In this document: one piece after another, positions 39,589 through 53,016 of the stretch | Numbering within the stretch: the stretch's first letter is position 1 | How the letters are laid out: each line of letters starts with the position of its first letter | Position numbers and translations under genes: made by a program | Notes under the pieces: generated by a model | Told to the model about the DNA's origin: nothing | Databases searched by the model: none | What the model saw: only the letters and a program-made list of their open reading frames with translations | Origin: Octopus sinensis | Taxonomy: Eukaryota | Assembly (NCBI RefSeq): GCF_006345805.1 | Contig: NC_043009.1 | Coordinates: forward strand, 19,406,001 to 19,470,000 | Length of the DNA: 64,000 nucleotides | Direction: 5' to 3'

Positions 39589-41379
39589 GTGTGTGTGTGT
39601 CTTATCATTTTAATGTCCTCTTTTCCATGCCTGCTTAGGTCAGATGGTGTAATTTGTTTGAGACAGTTTTTATAGTCGGATGCCCTTCCTGTCACCAACT
39701 CTCACCTGTCTCCAAATAAGGTAATATTTCTTCCCCCCCTCCATGATCAGACATGTTTCTCATGGAAAATTGGAAATGTAGGACATTGCTTATATGATGG
39801 TTACATTTGTTTACAACTATCATGTGACGTCAACGCAAGGTGACAGTAACACACACAAAACAACATATATATGTATCACAGGCTTCTTTTCAGTTTCCAT
39901 CTATGAATTCCACTCACAAGGCTTTTGCCAGCCCAGGGCTATAGTAGAAGACACTTGTCCTCGGTACCATGGAGTGGATTGGAACCTGAAATCATGTGGT
40001 TGGAAACAAATTTCTTACCACACAGCCAAGATATATATATCTCTGTTATCTTTTATTTATCTCAGCCATTAGATTATAACCATGCTAGGGCATTACACTG
40101 AAGAATTTTAATTGAATTAATTCATCCATGTGCTTAGTTTTAAGCCCTGTCAAACCTCTAAGTTACAGGAATGTAAACACACCAGCACAAGTTATCAGGT
40201 AGTGATGGGGGACAAACACAGACACAAAGACACACAGACATAGATATATATGATGGGTTTCTTTCAGTTTCTGTCTACCAAATCCATTCACAAGGCTTTA
40301 GTTGGCCCAAGGCTGTAGTAGAAGACATTTGCCTAAATTGCTATCTAGTGGGATTGAACCCAGAAACGTGTTTGGGAAGCAACCTTCTTACCACACATCC
40401 ATACCTGCACGTGTGTGTGTGTGTGTGTGTGCACGCATGTGTGTATATATATATATATATATATCCAAGAATGGAAATGGTAAATAAAGACTATGACTGT
40501 TTCATAGCTAAAACAATGTTTGTAACATAACTTGTAACCCATATAAAATCTGTTTGACCAATCTTCAGGTCCTGTTGTGTTCAAGTTGTTTGCTTGGAGA
40601 TTAGCCACAGCACAAATGACAATTTAAAAAAAAAAAAAAAATGAAAATCAGAAGACCACCATTGAGATTAACTGCTAGGTAATCCACCCTAATAAGAAAC
40701 AGGGTGGGGATATTAGGTAGAGGCATATGAAATGTTCACATGCTCACATCCATAAAATGTCAACCTGACTAACTGAGACAGCTTCACTCACCATCACACA
40801 ACTGTCCCCATTTTCACCCCACCACCTGTCCCTCAAGTGCTGTTAGTTGAGTTCATTCTAGATTGAGGATCACTTTCTTCCACTCATGTGAGTATTAAAG
40901 GCTGAGTGTGGGTATGAGTACAACTCTTCTTCCGCTGACAAAACTCAAACTCCTCTACACAAATCTGCTTTGTCCTCTCCTTGTCACTTCAACTGTTACT
41001 ACAATGGTCTCTGCTCTTCTGAACTAACATGGTTCTGGATAAATAAATAAAAAAATATATATCCAATAATCTCCTCCTTACAGTCTCTCCCCTTTCCCCC
41101 TAAACACTATCCCTAAATGTTGTTCCTAACTGCAACCCTCAAGAACTAATTAACAAGTTCTACATGCTGCACTGCTGTCATCGTCATCATCATCATCATC
41201 ATCATTTAATGTCTATATTCTATGCTGTCATGAAATGGATGGTTTCACAGGATCTAATGTGTCTCTAAGGGCTGCATTGAGCCCCGTCTCCCTTGGCATG
41301 GTTTTTACTGCTGGGTGCCTTCCCTAATACCAACAACCTTACAGCATGACCTGCATTGTTTATACATACATATATATGC

Positions 41380-41424
<45 letters not shown>

Positions 41425-41565
41425 CTGTAAAGATTCAGAGATCAAGGAATAGGAAGACAGTTAGCTTCAAGCAATCTGTAATAAATATATTCTGACTGAA
41501 CCTTCTGGGCATCGACATGTACCTCCTTGCGACAATGTAACATTTCATCTAATCAGGATGTCTTT

Positions 41566-41649
41566 GACCTGAAGAGTGGCCTGCATTATACACCCCTCTT
41601 GGATATTTACCAATTCTGAAGTTCCACTTGCTATGAAACATATGTAGCC
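41566..41649 (+). ncRNA. Degenerate type I hammerhead-like motif
   Basis: gac-CTGAAGA-gtggc...gctat-GAAA-catat-GTA-gcc. Stem III ACAUAUGU is palindromic; stem I has a mismatch. Confidence 0.4.
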
Positions 41650-41701
41650 CAGATTTTATCTACTCCATTCTATAACTTTTGTGTGTGTGTGTGTATATAT
41701 A

Positions 41702-41759
<58 letters not shown>

Positions 41760-41844
41760 TTATCAACTTGTGTTGCAAGATTCCTGATATGAAATGGTGC
41801 ATTGAAACAGACATTGTTGTACTTTGGGATGGTCATTTTCTTTA

Positions 41845-42218
41845 GGCATAGGAGTGGCTGTGTAGTAAGTAGCTTACTTACTAACCACATGGTTCCGGGT
41901 TCAGTCCCACTGCGTGGCACCTTGGGCAAGTGTCTTCTACTATAGCCTCGGGCCAACCAAACCGTTGTGAGTGGATTTGGTAGACGGAAATTGAAAGAAG
42001 CCCGTCGTGTATATGTATATATATGTTCCCCCAACATCGCTTGACAACCGATGCTGGTGTGTTTACGTCCTCGTAACTTGGTTCAGCAAAAGAGACCGAT
42101 AGAATAAGTACTAGGCTTACAAAGAATAAGTCCTGGGGGCGATTTGTTCAACTAAAGGTGGTGCTCCGGCATGGCCACAGTCAAATGACTGAAACAACTA
42201 AAAGAGTAAAAGAGAGTA
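41845..42218 (+). mobile_element. tRNA-derived SINE, near full length (many other copies, e.g. ~3325-3480, 19478-19790, 40130-40395, 42350-42500, 47185-47340, 54940-55360, 59010-59365)
   Basis: A box tggctgtgtagtaag and B box gggttcagtccc, then the shared body ggcaccttgggcaagtgtcttctactatagcc...tgagtggatttggtagacggaaa. Confidence 0.8.
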
Positions 42219-45200
42219 CTATATATTTGTTCCTCACTTGTTCATTACTGTCCATTGGCCAGAAATCTTTCGTCACACATCTGTATTTATTTAGCCAAAA
42301 AAAAAAAAATGACCATCCCAAAATATATATATATATATATATGATAGGCTTCTTTTAGTTTCTCTCTGCTAAATCCACTCACAAGGCTATGTTAGGCCCG
42401 AGGCTATAATAGAAAACACTTGCCCAAGGTGCCATGCAGCAAAATTGAACTCAAAGCCATGCTGTTAGGAAGCAAGCTTCTTGCCACACAGCTATGCCTG
42501 CACCTGTAATAACTATCAGTAATTAAAAAATAAAATTTCATTATACAATTTGAAATTATTGCTATTACTGCAATCTTCACTCTCCCCACCTCCACCATCA
42601 TCACCATCTTTATTCCTCTCCATCCTTTCTCATCGCCGTTTCTCCCAAATCAAACGCTGAGTGTCCAACTGTGTTTGTGTCTTGTGAAGTATCCTGAACG
42701 CCCTCCCCATCTTCCACCTTCTCTTTGCTCTTGTACAAATATTTATTTCACTTAAACTTCCTCTGGCAAAAGCGGTAATGCTTTAGACAAATAACCAATA
42801 GCAAGACTTTTAGATGAAAGGTTTGTAACATTTTCACCTCCAAAAACAAATTCATTCTGATTGGATGTCATTTCTGAGAAGCCCAAGCCTACCACTGGTC
42901 AGTATTTTCAGTTACAAACAGGTGCTGAGATTTATGAATGATGACTTTGAATGATGACTTTGAGACAGTTAATTCAGATCTAGTTGGGTAGAATGAAAGA
43001 TTTAACCCTTTAGCATTCAAATCAGCCATGCCATGCCCAAATATTCTACCTGTTCTATGTTCAAAATGACCAGATCAGGCCTTTCACTCCTACCCTACAA
43101 TGTTATTCTAAAAATAAAACAATCACATCATTGAAATCTTGAAGTTATTATAAGATATTGAATGCTGAATTCAAAGCAATGTGGATGAATAAGCTTTACA
43201 TTTGACAGAGTCATCTGAATGCCAACCGGTCAACAAAACCATAACCCTTGTCTCAGATACTGACCAATGGTGCAGTGGTCAGTGTGAAGTGGACTACTTG
43301 TCTTACATTATGGACTTATGGAAATGGAAGAAGATATCAGAGAAGAAGAATGTGTTCTAAACAAGTTTCCCTTTCTCTCCCCAAATGTCTGCGTTGGCTT
43401 CATGATGGCCATGGGTCCTGCTGATGTCAGGCACAGTTAATGATGATAATAATTCTTCCTAATTTTTTACCCAAGACCAGCAGTTTTGAGGGGAGGGGGA
43501 ATTATGTCAAACCCAGTGTTTGATTATTTATTTTATTGACCCTGAAAGAACGAAAGGTAAAGTTGACTTTGTCACAATTTGATCTTTGAGTGTAAAGGGC
43601 TAGAAGAGATGCTGCTAAGCATTTTGCAAGGAGAGGGTAAGTCGATTACATCAACCCCAGTGTGTAACTGGTACTTATTTAATCAACCCCAAAAGATGAA
43701 AGGCAAAGCTGACCTTGGCGGAATTTTAACTCAGAATGTAGCAGCAAACAAAATACCGCCAAGCATTTTGTTTGGTGTGCTAATGGTTCTACCAGCTCAC
43801 CACCTTCCTACATATCAATAATGATTCTGCTGGCTTGCCACCTTAAATGATAATAATAATGTTTTGTGATTTAAGTTCAAATTACAAAGCCAACAATTTT
43901 CAAGGGATAGTGGTGGTGGTGGTGGTAAGGGATGGGGAGTAGTCTGTTCCATTGACTCTCAGTACTTGACTGGTGCTATATTTTATTGACTCTCAAAATG
44001 ATGAAAGGCAAAGCCAACCTTGGTAGGATTTGAACTCAGAACATAGAGAACTGGAACAAATAGCACATGGCAGTTTGTTTAACAATTCTGCCAGCTCACT
44101 GCCATTATCAGTATTGATAATAAGTAGTAATATTGATTGATTACTGAAGGACTGTGACACTTGTTGAGGAGAAAGAACAGCAATTTGTTGAATTAAACAC
44201 CAGTATATTACAGGTATTGATTGGATCAATACACAGCCAACTGGGGAGATTCCATGTAGCCACTTAACCTTACGGAAAATCACACCCTGCCATCTTAAAA
44301 TAGGAAGGCTACATTGGATGGTCATACTTGGAATGCTTTTGGTCATAGGTCTGCTGGATCAAAGCTGAACTTTGTCTGAACAACAGCGATGAAGGACAGC
44401 ATCATCATCATCATCATTGCTTAATGTCTGCTTTCCATGCTGGCATGGGTTGGATGGTTTGACTGAAAACTGGTAAGCCAAGGAACTGCACCCGGTTCCA
44501 ATCTGAAACATTGGAGGATACAATCCTAAATATACTGTGTTTGAATAAGCGACAGGATAGTCATGGTTGGAACATCTTTGACCATAATTCTGCTGGATTA
44601 GAGGTGACCTGGGGCTATACAATAATAATGTCTATAGCCATGGGAGAAAAAAAAAGAACATTTGAGATGTGGATTGTTTGCAGATTGAGCAGCATCAGCT
44701 AGAAAGACAGGATAACAAATCAAGCATGGCTTGGAAAACCGAAAGTCCAAAGACAGCCGTTGTTGAGAATCAAGTTCACAAAGCTTTCATGTTTTGGACA
44801 TAAGCTCATGTAATCTTAGCTTCTTTATTTCTGATGGAATGGTCACTGTTGGAATACTTTTCACTACATGCAACTGGATCATAACTGTCTTAGAACAACA
44901 CTGACAAGATGGAAGGACACATTAGATAATATACTCCTAGATTCACTGTGAAATAGTCACAACTGGAGCACTTGGCTATAGGTCTGCTGGATCCAACAAC
45001 AACAGGATTTATTCCATATTAATAAACCTCACATCTGTCTCAATGAATAAAGTTTCTTCTTCTTTTGGTCAATCAGTAGCACGAACCACATTTACGAGGA
45101 TTTGTGTCGAAAGTGATGCACAAATGGCTATAACTTTGGCTTTAACTCACAAAGTTTGTTCGAATTGCATGAGTTGGTTGGGTGATTCTTCCTCTTTTGT

Positions 45201-45339
45201 AATTCTTCCTTTTGTTGTTCTTCATTGCAGGTAAATAATGGGTTCCAAGCAGAAGCAACATAGAAACCTTCAAAGAATTCTTGATGAAGGAAGTGCACTG
45301 GCTCTGTGGCATCCAGAGAGGGCAACAGGTTGTTTCAAG

Positions 45340-45930
45340 AGAGGGCACCACTGAAAAGAACAATGTGCACAGATGGATGAAGTTTGAAGAAGGAGAAAAC
45401 CAACATTGAGGACAAAACACACACTAGGGGACCATCAATTGTGAGTCTGACATGAATCACCAGTGATTGTCTGAACTGATCCATGCAGACCGATGAGGCA
45501 CCATCTGTGAAATTTCTGCACAACTGGACTGTGGTCACAATGCATTTCAGAAGATGGTAGAAGACTTTGGGTATTGGAAATTGTGTACCAATGGTTGCCT
45601 CAGCAGCTGGAGTGAAAGATGAAAGTCTGTTCTGATCTGCTGGATGTGTTTAAAGCCAATGAAGACTTTTTTTCTTCTCTGGCGATGGAAAATAAAATGT
45701 AGAAACAAAGGCTAATCTTCCAAGTCCTAAGAAATTCAAGAGCCAGTGACTTTTTGGGAATGACAGGGCATCATTTTCCTCAATTTTCAGGATATGGCTG
45801 TACCTCAAACAGTGAGCATTGAGACACTCAGAAATTTTAGAGAATCCATTTGGAAGAAGCGGTCACCTGAAAATCTGAAAAACAAACCCAGTCCATGTTG
45901 ACAATTCATGACCACACAGATCTTTGCAAC
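45340..45930 (+). mobile_element. Heavily decayed mariner transposase fragment
   Basis: VHRWMKFEEGE.NIED...ELIHADR...EISAQLDCGH...DFGYWKLC...PSPKKFK...FW...GIIF pattern. Confidence 0.6.
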
Positions 45931-47336
45931 TGATCAGGGAATCAGGAAACTGAACTGGTTTCCATCCATTGAACAGCCTAAATCTGGTGCCCTCTCATCA
46001 TCTGTTGGTTTGGTCCAAGAAAGAACAGTGTATGTGGACAAAGATTTGATTGATACTGATGAAGGGAAAGAATTTTTGAAGAAATGAGTAGAACAGGGCT
46101 CACCTGAACTTTTTGGTTCAAGAGTTGGAGTCAGTAATAGCACAAGCACATCAGCTGTGATAGAGACCTTTGTATAATGGAAGAATCAATCAATCAACCC
46201 CTGTAATTTGAATGCCTTGTGTCAGTTAATAAAAAAAATTATGCCTATTTTTGCATTACTTTTGGTTGAACAATTGTACAGTGGAACTTGGTAAGTATTT
46301 CTCTGGCACTTGGACCCTTCATATTCAAGCAGATTCAATTTCTTCAAGGCTTCTGCTTACCTAATATAATCCAAGACTGTGGTGGAAGGCTCTTGGCCAA
46401 TGTGTCCAGATCAAACCCTTGGGATTGAAAATCAAAGTCCTTAAACACCATACTCTATATTACATATGATGAAAAGCAGCAAAGATCCTTCCTAAATCCT
46501 TAGTTATTTCAACATCAGACACCCTCACCAAGGTGACCCAACTGGTGTTGATTGATCCCTAGCTTGTGTCCACTTAGCACTGCCCCCCTGGTAGCACTGC
46601 TGTTTTCAGGGATCACACCTGATCCACAACCACTTTGGAGTGACTCCTGCTGCTTTCACAACCATTCCAATGGCCTTCTGCCTACTGGCCCCTGTGATGC
46701 CAAGCATGGTGTAAACTTTGCTGAAGGAGTGACCTGCAAACCCTCTGCATCCCACCTCAGTGTTATCACATCTTCCTTGCCACTCATTGCTTTGCCATAA
46801 CTACACAAGCTCATCATATTTCTTCCTCATACTCTCAGTAGTCTCCTCAATGTCATTCTCCCAGGGAACAGAGAGTTCTAACAGAACCAGATACACACAC
46901 AGATGTTAAGAAAACCATCATTTTGAAATTATTTGTTTGTTCATTTTGCATGTGTTGTTCTTCACTGGATTAAGTTAAACAAATTCATTATCAAAACAGT
47001 GTCTAAATGGCCAGACACCCTCCCTGACACTCTTACTTGTTTACAAGTAAGGGATCTCTTTCTTCACATGTCTTCATATGTGCAAAGTCAGTGGAAGGTT
47101 TGGTGTTAGGACAAATGATAACAACAACATGAGTTTTAGAGAAGCACCAGTTTAAATGCATACACACACACACATATTTATATGACAGGCTTCTTTCAGT
47201 CTCCATGTACCAAACCCACTCAGCGCTTTTGTTGGCTTGTGGCTCTAGTACAAGTCACTAAGCTAAGTGGTTGCACCCTAGCATTGAGCCCAAAACCATG
47301 TGCTTAGGAAGTGAATTTCTTAACCACACAGCCAGG

Positions 47337-47395
<59 letters not shown>

Positions 47396-47624
47396 TCTTT
47401 ATTTATGGGTTAACAAGGGAGCCAATGGTTTCGTGTGACGCAATCTTCACAATTGTTCAAGTGTGCCACATGGAAGTGTTGATATTTGTCTCCATTTTGG
47501 GATGGGTATTGCTATCCAATGTGTGTGTGTGTCTGTTTGTAGGTGGGTGTCTGTATAGATAGATAGATTCATAGATTCATAGATAGATACACACACAGAC
47601 ATTATATATATGCATATATATCCT

Positions 47625-48640
47625 CATTATTGTTTGATGTCTGTTTTCCATGCTGGTATGGGTTGACTAGAGCTGGCAAGCAGAACAGGCACACTGGGTT
47701 CCAGTTGTCTGCTTTGGCAGGGTTTCTACAGCTGGATGTCCTTCCTGATGCCAACCACTTTACAGAGTGTGCTTTTTATATGCAACCAGCATGGGTGCAT
47801 TTACATAACACTGATATAAGTGCATTTTACATGACACCAGCACCTGCAAGACAATGATCTCTTGACTCGGAGAGTAAGTGGGGCGTGGCCATAAAGAACA
47901 TACCTGTATGCATGGATGATTGCAATTTTACTTTGCTTGAGGTATCCTCTCAGGTACAGCAAATTGCTGGAGATTTTGCTTCTTTGTCATCTTCTCAGTG
48001 AGGCCCAGCCTCTGAAGATCCTTTCTCACCACCTCATCCTGTGTCTTCCTGGGTCTACTCCTTCCATAGTTAGAGATTGGCACTTCTTCACGCAGCTGTA
48101 CTCATCCATATGCATCACATGACCATACCAGTCTAGTCTTCTTTCTTGAACATATCTGATGCCTCTTATACTCCTTAAGTCATTTACACTCTGCCGTACA
48201 TGCACGCTGACCTTACCACTCCACTGGAGCATACTAGCTTCATTTCTCTTAAGCTTTTGCATGTCCTCTCTAGTCATAGCTCATGTTTCACTGCCATGTA
48301 GCATTGCTCTACATACACAGGTATCATACAATCTGCCTTTCACTTTGAGGGAGAGGCTCTTTGTTACTAAGAAAGGTAGTAGTTCTCTAAACTTTGCCCA
48401 ACCCATTCTTATTCATGCAACTATACTTTCAGAACCTTCTCTTCCACTGCTAAATTGATCACTTAGATACCAAAAGCTGTCGACTACTTCTAAGGATCCC
48501 TGCCAAGCATTTGAGGAAGTCTATTCTCTGCACATTCTTAGTGTTTATTGTAACCCCACATCTTCCACACACAAAGGCTATTTTCTTGGTTAACCTTCCT
48601 GTGATGCCGCTACACCCCTCTTATGTGTCCAAATCTTGCT
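47625..48640 (-). mobile_element. RTE-clade LINE 3' end including 3' UTR
   Basis: Minus strand MTREDMQKLKRNEASMLQWSGKVSVHVRQSV...QERRLDWYGHVMHMDEYSCVKKC, continuing into the (GAT)-tail repeat. Confidence 0.8.
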
Positions 48641-48653
48641 TTGGGTGCAACGT

Positions 48654-49445
48654 ATTTTGATACAATATAAAGGACATAATGGAAATTAATATGTACAGGT
48701 CAAATTTTGCAACACCACTACATCACATATGAAAAATCACATTGCTTCAATGGCAACCATTTTCGGTTTTGCATGCCTGTGCTCTTTCCAAAACTTGTAC
48801 CATAACACCCTCAAGAGTTTCAGACCCCACTTCTCTGATTTCTCTATTAATGTTCTCCTTCAGTTGTATCAGGGTCTCCAGTTTGTTGACATAAACATTC
48901 TCTTTCAGTTATCCTCACAAGAAAAAATCCAGGCTAGTCAAGTCTGGAGAACGTGAAGGCCATTCACAGTAGACCTCACACATGGTTCCAGCAAGATGGG
49001 GCAACTGCTCATACTGCAAGAGAAACAATGCAGTTGCTATGGAAGTGCTTTGGAGAGAATAGTCTCCTGCTACGGTGATGTCAACTGGTCTTCACGTTCC
49101 CCCAGACTTGACTAGCCTGGATTTTTTTCTTGTGGAAATACCTGAAAGAGAGACTTTATGTCAACAAACCGGAGACCCTGGTGCCAATGAAGGGGAACAT
49201 CAATAGAGAAATCAGAGAAGTGGGGTCTGAAACTCTTAAGGGTGTTATGGTGCAAGTTTTGGAAAGTGCACAGGTGTGGGAGGCCGAAAATGGCTGCCAT
49301 TGAAGCAATATCATTTTTCATATGTCCCGTGTGCATATTAATTTCCATTATGTCCCTTATGTTGTTTCAAAATTTCATGCATTTATTTGTGAAGTTAAGG
49401 AAATTAAAAACTGAAACCCATCAGTGACTTTTGGAGCACCCTGTA
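48654..49445 (+). mobile_element. Tc1/mariner-superfamily 3' end with a large inverted duplication (arms ~48654-48965 and ~49085-49373)
   Basis: WFQQDGATAHTARETM...W.SRSPDLTSLDFFLW.YLKE..YVNKPETL; terminal caccctgta at ~49445. The upstream arm is the reverse complement of the transposase 3' part. Confidence 0.85.
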
Positions 49446-49459
49446 AACACACACACACA

Positions 49460-51093
49460 CAGACTCAGTCTCAACTCTTGGCTCTCCACTTCATCCTACA
49501 TGGATATCCCCTCACCACTATCCACACCGCCCTTGCCAGAGCACGTTCCGTGGACCGTGCATCTGCTCTCTCCCCCCGAATCTGCCCTGCAGTCTCCCGC
49601 CTCCCTTTTCCCCTCACCTGCCATCCCACCACCCTACCTCTCCAACGCACCATTCTCCGAGCTTTCCGGCATCTCCAGTCCGACCCGTCCACTTCACACA
49701 TCTTTCCTAACCAACCCCTTCCCTCCTTCAAACGAGCCCACAACCTACGAGACCTCTTGGTCCACAGGTTCTTCCCCAACCCTACCTCCCAACCTGGCTC
49801 GTTCCCCTGCTCCCGCCCACGCTGCCGCACTTGCTCTTACCTCTCCAACACCACCCTCCTCACCGGCACCCATCATCGACTCCTTCACCTGCACCTCCAG
49901 CAATATCATCTATTGCATCTCCTGCTCTCTCTGCCATTCCCTGTACATCGGACAAACGGGACGCCGCTTGGCTAACCGGTTCGCGGAACACCTCCGAAAC
50001 ATCCACCTCGGCAATGACACCCCAGTCTCACGCCATTTCTGCTCCACCGGTCACTCCTTGCAACACCTGTCTGTGTCCTTGCACAGAGACCATCCGGACT
50101 CCCGTTTGTGCTGTGGACAGGGATTAATCTTCTCTCTTCACTCTTTTACACCATTTGGGCTCAACTCTCCTCCCCTCTTCATCTAACCTCCTCCCCGACT
50201 CCTACTTCTCTTCACTCCTACATCTTTTCACCCCTACTCTCTTTCCCTCTTCTCCCTTACTCTCTTCTCTCTTTCTCTCTGCTCCCTCATTCTCCTCTCT
50301 CCCCCCTCCCTCCTCTTTCTTCCCACCCAACTCTCCTCTCTTGCCTCGACTCCTACTTCTCTTCACTGCTACTCCTCTTCACTCCTACTCTCTTTCCCTC
50401 TTCTCTCCCCTCCTTCCCTCTTACTCTCTTTCTCTCTTCTCTCCTCCTCTCTCTCCTCACATACCCACCTTCTCCTCCTCCCATAAACCCACCCACCCCT
50501 ACACATCCCTACTCCACCTTCCCATCCCCCCAATCCTCTCCAACACCCCTCCCCCACATACCCCACCTCTACCCCCACTCTGCCTATCCACAAACCCGGA
50601 CTCTACCCCAACCCCCAGCCGAACCCACACCCCACCCGTGTTTTCCCCACTCTCGCCTCCCCCACCTCCCAACAACATCACACCACACCACACTACACCA
50701 TACAACATTACATACCACCCACACACCCATCCCCACATCTTCACACCTACACATACATACACGCACACATCCAGACACCAGCCCTCTTTCACATGCACAT
50801 ACATACTCTCTTATACACACATGCACCTTTGTGTTGGGGGTCATCTTTACCTTGTTATCTCCCCTACTTTCCCTCTCATGTTTGACCCTTCTGTCTGGCA
50901 CTAGTCGGCATGATAGATCGTTAGCCACTACACACATTTTTTTCTCTCCTTGTTTTTTCTGTGTCCCTTTCTGTAGAAGAGCGTAGGCTCGAAACATAAA
51001 AGACTTTTTCTATTCCTGTGCGTTATACTAATACATCTGTTTGTTTTGTACACCACCTGTCTTCGTCTTTTGCTTTTTTCGTAAACTCTCCCT
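49460..51093 (+). mobile_element. Penelope-like element 3' part (Neptune-like, C-terminal GIY-YIG) with pyrimidine-rich 3' UTR and degenerate hammerhead at 50967-51002
   Basis: FKRAHNLRDLLV...PCSRPRCRTC, then after a frameshift FTCTSSNIIYCISCSLCHSLYIGQTGRRLANRFAEHLRNI...VSRHF (stop 50186). The motif reads cttt-CTGTAGA-a-gagc/gctc-GAAA-cata-aaag. Confidence 0.88.
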
Positions 51094-51517
51094 ATATATA
51101 TATGTATATATATATATATATATATAATATATATATATATATATTATATATATATATAATATATATATATATATATACACATATATATGTATGTATATAT
51201 CAAAGTATGCAGTATTGTGGCTCAATTTCAGCCGATCTTATCAATCAGTTTCACACTGGATGTTAGATAACTGGGCAGTTATCTAATCCACATGCTCTTC
51301 AGGGATGGCAGGTATGGAAAAGAAAAATATGGGAACCACCCTTAAGGGTCACAGTTAAGCACCATTTTCTGTGGCACTGTAAAAAGTCAAATTTTGTTTC
51401 TCTTTTTTTCATCCTTTTTCTATTGATGTTGATCCAGTAATCAGTGACATTTTCACTATATAATGGAATTTTCCCTAATCTATCATAAATAATTCATTGA
51501 TATTTGTTATTTTTCAG

Positions 51518-51727
51518 GCTGTGGCAATCCACTGTGCCCATGGAAAAGGAAGAACTGGTACCATGATTGCTTGTTATCTGATTAAGTATCACAATCAGAC
51601 AGCCAGTGAAGCATTAAGAAACATCCGGGAATCAAGACCTGGCTCAGTGGAAACATTTCAACAAGAAGAATTAATTTATATGTTCGAAAACCAACACAAC
51701 CAGACAAAAATGCAAAAAGGAAACTGA
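51518..51727 (+). CDS. DUSP23: DUSP23-like terminal exon B (AVAIHCAHGKGRTGTMIACYLIKYHNQTASEALRNIRESRPGSVETFQQEELIYMFENQHNQTKMQKGN*); spliced product 181 aa if joined to exon 3
   Basis: Acceptor ttatttttcAG|GCT, phase 0. Intact HCx5R P-loop, RxxRPGSVET motif and TGA stop; ungapped homolog of exon A. Confidence 0.93.
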   Translation, partial: AVAIHCAHGKGRTGTMIACYLIKYHNQTASEALRNIRESRPGSVETFQQEELIYMFENQHNQTKMQKGN

Positions 51728-52484
51728 AGAATCTCGTTAGAAATGACACCATTAGAAACTAATTAACTCTATAATTAACAAGGTCTAGAAACATATTTTA
51801 GTTCTTCTTGTAACCAGTTTTAGAAGAAGGCAGGTTATATTTTCATCTTCCAACTTTTGATTTTTTTTATCATTTTGTTATTTATTCATTTTGTATAATT
51901 TTCATTTGAAGTATTTTTGCTCATGTAATTTCAACTGCACACCATTTATATCTTGGCAGTTATTCTACTTTTGATTTTTTTTTAATTCTATTTAGCTTAA
52001 TTCTTTGACCTTACTAATAACAATTTATCATTAAGTTAACACATTCCGATTGTAACCTTGTAAATTTCCATCTTTCACAAAATTCTTCAATTTTATGTAA
52101 AAATGACATTTAAAAAAATATTTCTCATCATTTGAAGCTGTTTTTGAACTTATCATACAGCATTTATTGGTCTCACTAGTCTTGGAGAGCCGACAATGGC
52201 TATGAGTCAGCCTTTTTGTCCAGATCAAAATATTGAAAGAATAAGTTAGAATAATTTCGCAATTGATCTTAAGTATTTCAGAAGTGATATTTTTGGTTCA
52301 CTATCTTCTTCAACTCTAAACTTGGATGTGAATTGTGTTCTAGAACTGATTCACATGAACACCAAGTCAACAAGTTACGTAGAAGCATGGCACATATTTC
52401 GAATTCCCAAGTTTTTGTAAATTTAAAAATGTTTAATTCTTATATTTTTTAATGAATTACAAAAAACCTGGCTATTATTATGAT

Positions 52485-52835
52485 TAGTTCGTCTGTCATT
52501 GTTGACGATGATCAAGGACATCAGATGGGAGAGGAAGATGGGGCATGGTATGTCTGGCTGTGGTCAGTCGGTCTGATGCATGCTTGGAAGGCTCTGCCGC
52601 AAGTTGAGCACTAGTGGTCAGTCGGGACTGAAGGCAAGGAGTTGGCCCTGAACTTGTGTAGTTAGCATTGTCCTTGTGTCCCTGCCATTCTATTCTGTTT
52701 GTAAGAGGGTACCACCTCTGTCGGTGCAGCTTTGCCAAGCAGAGCAGTCTTGTGCTTGCATTTCCCCGGTGTCAGGGTTGATCTCAAAACTCTTTGGTGA
52801 GGCTTTGACTGTATCCTTGAAGCACTTTTTCTGGT
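52485..52835 (-). mobile_element. RTE/BovB-like LINE extreme 3' end
   Basis: Minus strand QKKCFKDTVKASPKSFEINPDTGEMQAQDCSAWQSC...CGRAFQAC, then 3' UTR gatgtccttgatcatcgtcaacaatgacagacgaac. Confidence 0.7.
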
Positions 52836-52848
52836 TAGGATAAGTATT

Positions 52849-53016
52849 AGAGATCTGGCTAGGAGACTAGTTACAGTTCTGGCTAAGAGAATTACAAAAG
52901 ATCTAGCTAGGAGAATTGTTAGAGATCTGGCTGGGAGAATTACTACAGATTTGGTTACGAGAATTGCAAGAGATTTGGCTGGGTGAATTGTTACAGATTT
53001 AGCTCGGTGAATTGTT
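52849..53016. repeat. 24-bp minisatellite, 7 diverged units (consensus agagatctggctaggagaattgtt)
   Basis: Units can be read in register from 52849. Confidence 0.9.

Noticed and set aside
49424-50997. Long ORFs (183-292 aa) as a host gene
   Set aside because: They are a frameshifted PLE endonuclease and its low-complexity 3' UTR.
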